Shown here: positions 58,496-64,000 of the stretch, piece by piece
Numbering within the stretch: the stretch's first letter is position 1
Layout: each line of letters starts with the position of its first letter
NCBI GenBank assembly: GCA_050251055.1
Contig: JBFWNL010000005.1
Span: 192,001 to 256,000, forward strand
Direction: 5' to 3'
Length of the DNA stretch: 64,000 nucleotides
Origin: Bacteriovoracia bacterium
GTDB taxonomy: Bacteria; Bdellovibrionota; UBA1018; JBFWNL01
Translations under genes and position numbers: made by a program
Notes under the pieces: model-generated
The model's database searches: none
What the model saw: only the letters and a program-made list of their open reading frames with translations
What the model was told of the DNA's origin: nothing

Positions 58496-58554
58496 AGGGT
58501 CAATACATGCTCGCCAAGTCATCAATCACCGTGGCTATTTGGCGGACCGCGGCT

Positions 58555-58935
58555 TTAGGGTATCGAAACCAGCGATCGTGCCACAGCCAAAACCGTCGCA
58601 AGTTCCTTGTCTCGCATTCGTCGAACCAACTCCAATAGCTCCTGCTCAGGCGTAACCACCTGTTGATATGTCCTCACACGTTCACGAAAAGTCCCGAGCT
58701 GAGTGCCATATACTTTCAATAGCTTCTTCAATTTATCGTGTTGAAGATCAATCCGGCCTGTTTCGACGTGGGCGATATAGGTGTCTGACAATCCCACGGC
58801 TTCAGCAACTTTTCGCATCGACAGCCGTGCCTCTGCTCGCAGAAGTTTCAGAACCCGAGCTTCATCGGTCATTACAATTCGGTCACTGCGTTTTTTAGTC
58901 CGGTAAGTCTCAATCAAAATGCCTCCAAAATCCAA
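58555..58935 (-). CDS. XRE family HTH regulator
   Basis: LSMRKVAEAVGLSDTYIAHVETGR; start uncertain. Confidence 0.85.
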   Translation of the reverse strand: MDFGGILIETYRTKKRSDRIVMTDEARVLKLLRAEARLSMRKVAEAVGLSDTYIAHVETGRIDLQHDKLKKLLKVYGTQLGTFRERVRTYQQVVTPEQELLELVRRMRDKELATVLAVARSLVSIP

Positions 58936-59110
58936 AAGTCCCAGAAAAAATGTCTACGTGTTTAGTTATCCCAGAGGTTTCCGCGCGGGCTACGAAAATG
59001 AAGCGAAAAATGGGCGCGGAACTGTGATTATGAGAGGCCGTAGGTGGTAGATGGGGTCATGGGTTCAGTGCTGTCACCGAACGTCAACGTGTTGCTTTGA
59101 TTCTTGTTTC

Positions 59111-59174
59111 TTAAAAAAGAAAACCCGAACTCGCTTTCGCGGAATCCGGGTTTCAAAACTTGGAACATGGTGGA
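59111..59174 (-). other. TCCACCA remnant plus terminator, putative att junction
   Basis: Minus strand TCCACCA (59174-59168) then GAAACCCG...CGGGTTTTC hairpin and T-tract, about 70 bp after the integrase stop. Confidence 0.55.
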
Positions 59175-59246
59175 ATCGGACACATTTGATTTGGAATCCA
59201 TTACTTACGCCTCGTTTTTTCCTATTGTAGGAAAACTCAAGACATC

Positions 59247-60470
59247 TCACGACATTCTCGCACTTGGGGCGGTGTTTTTGAATTCAAGTAGGTTCACTAC
59301 ATGATCCATAACTTGATCGTCACTAGTGTGTAAGAGTCGCATTGTTTCTGTTGCACCTTGCTCGTCGATACCTGCCATACGGATATATCGCTGCATGGTT
59401 TTAAGATCCTTCCATCCACAAATTTTCATGACCGTCGTCGGTGGAACACCACTCGAAATTATCTGAGTGGCGAAACACGCTCTGAGGGTATGAAATTTTA
59501 TGGACGTGAGGCCCTCGTCCAAACAGAACTTACGAAGTACAGCAGCTTGCATTCCACGATCCCAATCACCGAATCTAGGAAGGACGTGGGACGAATTCCC
59601 AGTCTCCTTCTTAAGCTCTACTAAAAACCAGTAGAGTTCACCCGATATTGGGACAGTCCGCCAATACCCACCTTTAGTTGGCCCAGTGGCTTTGAACCGA
59701 CCGTTGTAGGTTAGTACAACTCGAATCAAGCCATAGCGCCGCTTGTTTGTAGGTAATGACTCTTGCTTGCGAGCCTCCTCCTCAGGAATCAATTCAACGT
59801 TTGCCCAAGGAAGTGCATGAAGCTCTCCCGACCGCATTCCAGTCAAGAGCGCAACAGTCCACACCTTATACCAACGATGCCCACGCTCTTTGGATCGGGT
59901 CAGAAAGGTCTTGATTTCGGAAAGAGTGAGAATTTCAGGAAGCTTTTCTTCCTTATCTTTTCCAATATCAATTCCGTAAACCGGGCTGTGATGCACCCCG
60001 GTTACGTATCTCTCTTCAATTCCCCAACAGTAGATTTTGTTAATTGTGTTCCTAAGCTTTCTCAAAAAAGCGGTGTTCTTTCCTGCTTCCTGAGCAAACC
60101 TGAGAACTTCTCTACCGTCTCCTCGGTTTAAATCCTCGGCTGATTTTCCGAACCAAATCCGAGTCCAGCCTCGGACAAGAGCTGCGTAATCGACGATTGT
60201 AGTCCTGACCAAGTTTTCAAGACCGTAGGTGAGCTTGTCGTGCTCCCAATCGTCGATAATTTCTTCCCAAGTTGCTCCCTTAAGTTCAAGTTTTGCAACT
60301 TGCTTTGAAAGCTCCAAGTGGAGTTTCTTTTCTTCTTGAATTGCCGCTTGCTCACTAGCCAGTCCTCTCATTCGACGCTGTAGTCGAAGATTTGGTCGTC
60401 TGCTGCTTTTCACGTCAACATACGCTTGCCAAAGGACGTGACCATTATGTTCATATTGACTTACTGCCAT
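59247..60470 (-). CDS. Tyrosine integrase
   Basis: TGMRSGE, TKGG, FHTLR, GW...TMQRY catalytic set. Confidence 0.93.
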   Translation of the reverse strand: MAVSQYEHNGHVLWQAYVDVKSSRRPNLRLQRRMRGLASEQAAIQEEKKLHLELSKQVAKLELKGATWEEIIDDWEHDKLTYGLENLVRTTIVDYAALVRGWTRIWFGKSAEDLNRGDGREVLRFAQEAGKNTAFLRKLRNTINKIYCWGIEERYVTGVHHSPVYGIDIGKDKEEKLPEILTLSEIKTFLTRSKERGHRWYKVWTVALLTGMRSGELHALPWANVELIPEEEARKQESLPTNKRRYGLIRVVLTYNGRFKATGPTKGGYWRTVPISGELYWFLVELKKETGNSSHVLPRFGDWDRGMQAAVLRKFCLDEGLTSIKFHTLRACFATQIISSGVPPTTVMKICGWKDLKTMQRYIRMAGIDEQGATETMRLLHTSDDQVMDHVVNLLEFKNTAPSARMS

Positions 60471-60715
60471 TAGATACCTCTCCTTCTGAGCGATAGATCA
60501 AGCAGTGAGTCGAGTTCCGATCTTCGGAAATATAATCGGCGTCTCCATTTATGCGCACGAATCTCTCCACGAGATACGGCAGTACGAAGTGCGCCAACTG
60601 TTTTTCGAAGATAGGCTGCGGCCTCTTCTGTAGTCATCCAAACCAATTTGTCAAAGAGCACATCTTTAGGGAGTTCTTCGAGTCCAACTCCCTTAGATTT
60701 AACTTCTACTTTCAT
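60470..60715 (-). CDS. Excisionase-like HTH protein
   Basis: WMTTEEAAAYL...RGEI...RLYFRRSELD; TAATG overlap with integrase. Confidence 0.85.
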   Translation of the reverse strand: MKVEVKSKGVGLEELPKDVLFDKLVWMTTEEAAAYLRKTVGALRTAVSRGEIRAHKWRRRLYFRRSELDSLLDLSLRRRGI

Positions 60716-60827
60716 ACCACTTTCCTCATGAAAACTCGAGAAAATCGGGTTGGCACATCCAACCCGCAGTGGCAAAAGCGTCTATAAAAACAGAGTAGAT
60801 TTGCGAGTTGCAGCGGTCCGTCATGAA

Positions 60828-61247
60828 CTATGGAAATGTCGCTTCAGAGTTTTGATTTGCCTCTGAAAGCGTTTCTTTTGTGTCTAGGTTCTTTTGTTTT
60901 TTAATTCTCGGCTTTCGCTCCTTACGAGCAGTCGGTTTGGCGCTAATAATGGCATCCAGACTCATGCTTTCGCCGCGAGAACGGGCCGCCTTCATCTCCT
61001 TGAGAGCATTCTGAAGGAACCGAATCTCGTTGTAATAAATGCTCGCTATGGTCTTTTCCTCATCAGAACTCAAAGGGGCTCTGTTTTCTAGAAGCCAATT
61101 GACCATGTCTTTTCGATTGATCGTGACGCCCCGGTTGTTAGCCATAATCTGTTCAATCTTTTGATCGACGCTCTTAAGCGCCTTTTCCCCTAAGCAAACA
61201 CGATCCACCGGGCGAACTTTCTTCGATTTCAAGGTTGTATCGTCCAT
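60828..61247 (-). CDS. Hypothetical protein
   Basis: AGGAG RBS; co-oriented ORF. Confidence 0.7.
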   Translation of the reverse strand: MDDTTLKSKKVRPVDRVCLGEKALKSVDQKIEQIMANNRGVTINRKDMVNWLLENRAPLSSDEEKTIASIYYNEIRFLQNALKEMKAARSRGESMSLDAIISAKPTARKERKPRIKKQKNLDTKETLSEANQNSEATFP

Positions 61248-61252
61248 TCGTA

Positions 61253-61660
61253 TTACTCCTTACTGAAGGAACTAGGTTTATCAATGAGGTACAAATAGTG
61301 ACCTTCCTCATACTGTCGCCCATCGTCCGATAGTTTGTCGGGCACCCAGATGCTCTTTACCTGCGGATCATTCAACTGGGGGAACTTCGCAACTTTCTCA
61401 TCTTTAGATGTCGCTTTGGGACCTTTCGATTCGTTGTTCTTATGAACAATCAATCCGAACAACGCCCCCGTTGCCGCGCCGATCCCTGCACCTACAAGTG
61501 CGCTACTTCCTTTATCGCCCGCGCCGTATCCGATCAGAGCACCGCTTCCGGCTCCCACACCTGCGCCCAGCAGGACGCTATCGCGCATGGTTGCGCAGCC
61601 GCCGACCGCGGCCGCGCCGGCGGCCGCAAGAAGAATCACTCCGAATAACTGTCTCTTCAT
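61253..61660 (-). CDS. Glycine-zipper lipoprotein with TraV-like C-terminus
   Basis: Lipobox VGGC; GAG.GA repeats; IWVPD..DDG..EEGHYLY. Confidence 0.7.
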   Translation of the reverse strand: MKRQLFGVILLAAAGAAAVGGCATMRDSVLLGAGVGAGSGALIGYGAGDKGSSALVGAGIGAATGALFGLIVHKNNESKGPKATSKDEKVAKFPQLNDPQVKSIWVPDKLSDDGRQYEEGHYLYLIDKPSSFSKE

Positions 61661-61706
61661 AAAAATCTCCTTCTCAAATTTTCAATTTCCAAACCAGAAA
61701 GTGGCT

Positions 61707-62639
61707 TTAAGTTCCTAATAAGCGTGATTGGGTCGGGTGATCGCTATTTGAGCTTTGAGCCAAAGTTATTGTTTTGCTTGGCCTTGTCTTCGAATCGAGC
61801 AACACATTCTCGACACTACTGTGTTGGATTCGTGATGGAATTGTGTCGCTTCCACAGGCATACCCTTGGACGAGAGTTGAATAGAGGCTTTGGTTTTGAT
61901 CAGCACCCAGAATGGGTTTTGAACTCCAGCCATGTTTTTTCAAATCCGACAAAAGAAAGAACGAATGCTTCTTATGGTAACTAGGGTTCTTAGCTGCAAA
62001 GATTCTGGACATCATTTGAGCCAATGCTTTATTCCCAACAATCCACATGACGCGAGCGATGCTAGTTTCACGGTCATAGAAATAGCTAACTGACTCGTAC
62101 TCAGTCGGTACTTTCTTGCTGACTTCCACCTCTAATGAAAAGAGATGAGAGCCACCGGCCACCGGAATGGACCAATACCCGTCAGGCCTGTGGTTGTCGG
62201 GTGAAGGAACCCAGCTTGCCAACGCTTGAGAATGGTATCGTCGCAACTGCTGTTCAGTTATGAACTCTACACCTCTGGGAATCCCAGTAACCCATTCACC
62301 AAGGTGAACGGCCGTGACCAAGGTGTCGTGATTAATGTTTTCTGACTTGAAACCTGTTTCCTTGAGGGGAGGAAAAAGGTCTTTTACTGCTTCGAACCCT
62401 TTTTTGGTCAAAGTCCATACTTTAAACTGGCCGCGCTTTTCATGCTGGAGTTCGACAAATCCTGAACGTTGAAGACGCAACAGCCTGTGGTAAGTGGAGA
62501 AATGATAGTCTTCAAAATGGTTTCGAAAGAGGTGCGTGGCGAGTGTGTTGGTGGTTGCGACCTTCCAAAGCCAAAGAAAGCTTAAAATTGGAATATCGGT
62601 TTCAGTGCTGAGGCGAATGGGTTTTTTGCTTTTGTTCAT
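61707..62639 (-). CDS. Replication-relaxation family-like protein
   Basis: N-terminal wHTH (LTKKG), HDTLV, RPDG, LEVEVS.K motifs; ATGA overlap with FtsK. Confidence 0.72.
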   Translation of the reverse strand: MNKSKKPIRLSTETDIPILSFLWLWKVATTNTLATHLFRNHFEDYHFSTYHRLLRLQRSGFVELQHEKRGQFKVWTLTKKGFEAVKDLFPPLKETGFKSENINHDTLVTAVHLGEWVTGIPRGVEFITEQQLRRYHSQALASWVPSPDNHRPDGYWSIPVAGGSHLFSLEVEVSKKVPTEYESVSYFYDRETSIARVMWIVGNKALAQMMSRIFAAKNPSYHKKHSFFLLSDLKKHGWSSKPILGADQNQSLYSTLVQGYACGSDTIPSRIQHSSVENVLLDSKTRPSKTITLAQSSNSDHPTQSRLLGT

Positions 62640-64000
62640 TTTGATTTCCTTTTCTTACCCGCCTGAAGAGCAGACGCGGATATACCGATCGTCTCGTTAC
62701 CAGTTGTTTTGATAACGGGAAGGTTTTGGCTCGTGGTTTGTGCTTCCACAATTTCCTGGGTGGTTTGGGTTGATTCTTCCCAGTGTGACAAAAGCAATTG
62801 CTTGACTTCATCTTCACTCAGCTCTGGAACCTGGACTTCAATCAAATCCAAACCGTTTCTCCAAATGGCTCGGCCTTTAATCGAAGGCAGATCAGCTGCA
62901 CGAACACTGTCCAAAATGGTCATGCTCGATGCATTGTCGGCCATAGGAAAGCAGAGCCGTCCTTGGAGATTGGTTTTAGTGAGTGGATCAACAGCATTGC
63001 GGTCAGGGCGTTGGGTAGCCACGATAAGATGAATCCCAACTGCCCGACCTTGTGCGGCCAAAGTACTGGCGAGGCGACGTGCTTCCTGTGTTTGTTTCGA
63101 ATCCAATTGGGAGCCGCCTGCGAGGAACAGTTCTGCGGCTTCGTCGATTACGACAACGTGGCGACCAACAATGCTGCCTGCTCGCCAATCATCAGGATAT
63201 TTCCGATCTTCGGTTTTCTTCGATAGGAAGACTTCAATGTTTTTGCATTCGTTTAGCTTGAGCAGCGAGGCTCTGTGTTCAATGGTTTGCTCCAGGATGC
63301 GCAAAGCGCTCACTGCTCCGTGGAGGTTCGAAACAACGTTTACGCGAGGGAGTTTTTCAAAAATCTGAAACTCCAAACCGCGTTTAAGGTCAATCAAAGT
63401 CAGTTCGGTGCCTGGATTATTTAGATAAAGCGTTGTGATCGCCTGTCGCAGGAACGTGGATTTACCAAAATTGGTCACACCGCCCACAAGCATGTGGGGT
63501 ACTTCTTTAAGGTTAATGGTGATCCTTCCGGATCTAGAATCACCCACGACGAAACAGTATTCTTTGTATTCGCCTAGATTTTCAAATCGAGAGGATGTGG
63601 GCATCGGAGCCGTAGCGTATTTGATGTCCAGGACACCCAAAGTGCGAATTTCGCGGAGATCATCCACATAAACTCTTAGGCTCGCACCGATTCGGTCCTT
63701 GGCTTTGTCAAAATCGGCGTACGGAATGCCATTCATTCTCAATCTGAGGTTTCGAGTCTGCTGGTCAATTGGCTTGTCCGAGATGAACGCTGGCAAACGA
63801 TTCATCGGGGTTTTTAAACCTGCGTTGATAAAAGTTTCTGTGAGATTTTTTGTCAGGATCCGAAGCCGAACCGTTTGAATCATTCCCCAGCCAAGAAAGC
63901 CAGAGAGGCTCAACGTAATTGCATAGAGGAAGTAAATAAAATCAAAGCGATGAATGAGAGAATAAAGAACGGTCGTTCGGGTTAATTTGAAAATGTAGTA
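62636..64000 (-). CDS. FtsK/SpoIIIE ATPase (coupling-protein-like), 5'-truncated
   Basis: PHMLVGG...GKS, IDLK, VVIDEAAE, GRAVGIHLIVATQRP; frame stays open to 64000. Confidence 0.92.
   Translation of the reverse strand, partial: YYIFKLTRTTVLYSLIHRFDFIYFLYAITLSLSGFLGWGMIQTVRLRILTKNLTETFINAGLKTPMNRLPAFISDKPIDQQTRNLRLRMNGIPYADFDKAKDRIGASLRVYVDDLREIRTLGVLDIKYATAPMPTSSRFENLGEYKEYCFVVGDSRSGRITINLKEVPHMLVGGVTNFGKSTFLRQAITTLYLNNPGTELTLIDLKRGLEFQIFEKLPRVNVVSNLHGAVSALRILEQTIEHRASLLKLNECKNIEVFLSKKTEDRKYPDDWRAGSIVGRHVVVIDEAAELFLAGGSQLDSKQTQEARRLASTLAAQGRAVGIHLIVATQRPDRNAVDPLTKTNLQGRLCFPMADNASSMTILDSVRAADLPSIKGRAIWRNGLDLIEVQVPELSEDEVKQLLLSHWEESTQTTQEIVEAQTTSQNLPVIKTTGNETIGISASALQAGKKRKSK

Larger units (their letters stand above)
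34738..59110 (-). mobile_element. Integrative element with large serine recombinase, Rep, ParB, kdp cargo and defence-like operon
   Basis: Lower GC, uniform minus orientation, recombinase and replication genes, att-like remnants at both ends; boundaries inferred. Confidence 0.7.
59175..64000 (-). mobile_element. Tyrosine-integrase element with FtsK and replication-relaxation module (truncated at window edge)
   Basis: int, xis, TraV-like lipoprotein, replication-relaxation protein and FtsK co-oriented. Confidence 0.75.

Noticed and set aside
59104-59304. 66-aa + strand ORF
   Set aside because: Runs across the terminator/att junction and antisense to the integrase end
1-64000. CRISPR array, rRNA, IS transposase, phage structural genes
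   Set aside because: No regularly spaced repeat-spacer pattern or diagnostic motifs seen by eye

Overview
Bacterial DNA with two compositional halves. The gene content (NhaR-like LysR, RSPA-motif secreted proteins) suggests Bdellovibrionota/Oligoflexia; this is an inference. About 1-31.7 kb is visibly GC-rich chromosomal sequence. It carries an ABC-2 transporter end, apaG, an SAH riboswitch with ahcY, ada/ogt, several large secreted hypothetical or beta-helix proteins, a hybrid kinase, MATE, a CPA2 antiporter coupled to a cation-chloride cotransporter, trehalase, a peroxiredoxin, LysR, Fur and phnA. From about 31.7 kb the sequence is AT-richer, almost all on the minus strand, and looks like stacked integrated elements separated by tmRNA/tRNA 3'-end-like remnants (about 32.7, 34.7 and 59.2 kb). 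The 34.7-59.1 kb element has a porin-kdpFABCDE cargo and a coupled ParB / Rep_trans-like / Zn-finger / large serine recombinase operon. It also has a DUF6499/FseA-like activator, a small tyrosine recombinase beside a palindromic res-like site, four XRE regulators, and a candidate five-gene anti-phage operon (XRE, 60-aa protein, Rad50/SMC ATPase with HEPN-like tail, PD-(D/E)xK nuclease, hypothetical). A second element (59.2 kb to the edge) has a tyrosine integrase, excisionase, TraV-like lipoprotein, replication-relaxation protein and FtsK/SpoIIIE. No CRISPR array, rRNA or complete tRNA was seen. All family calls are motif recognition by eye; no database searches were run.
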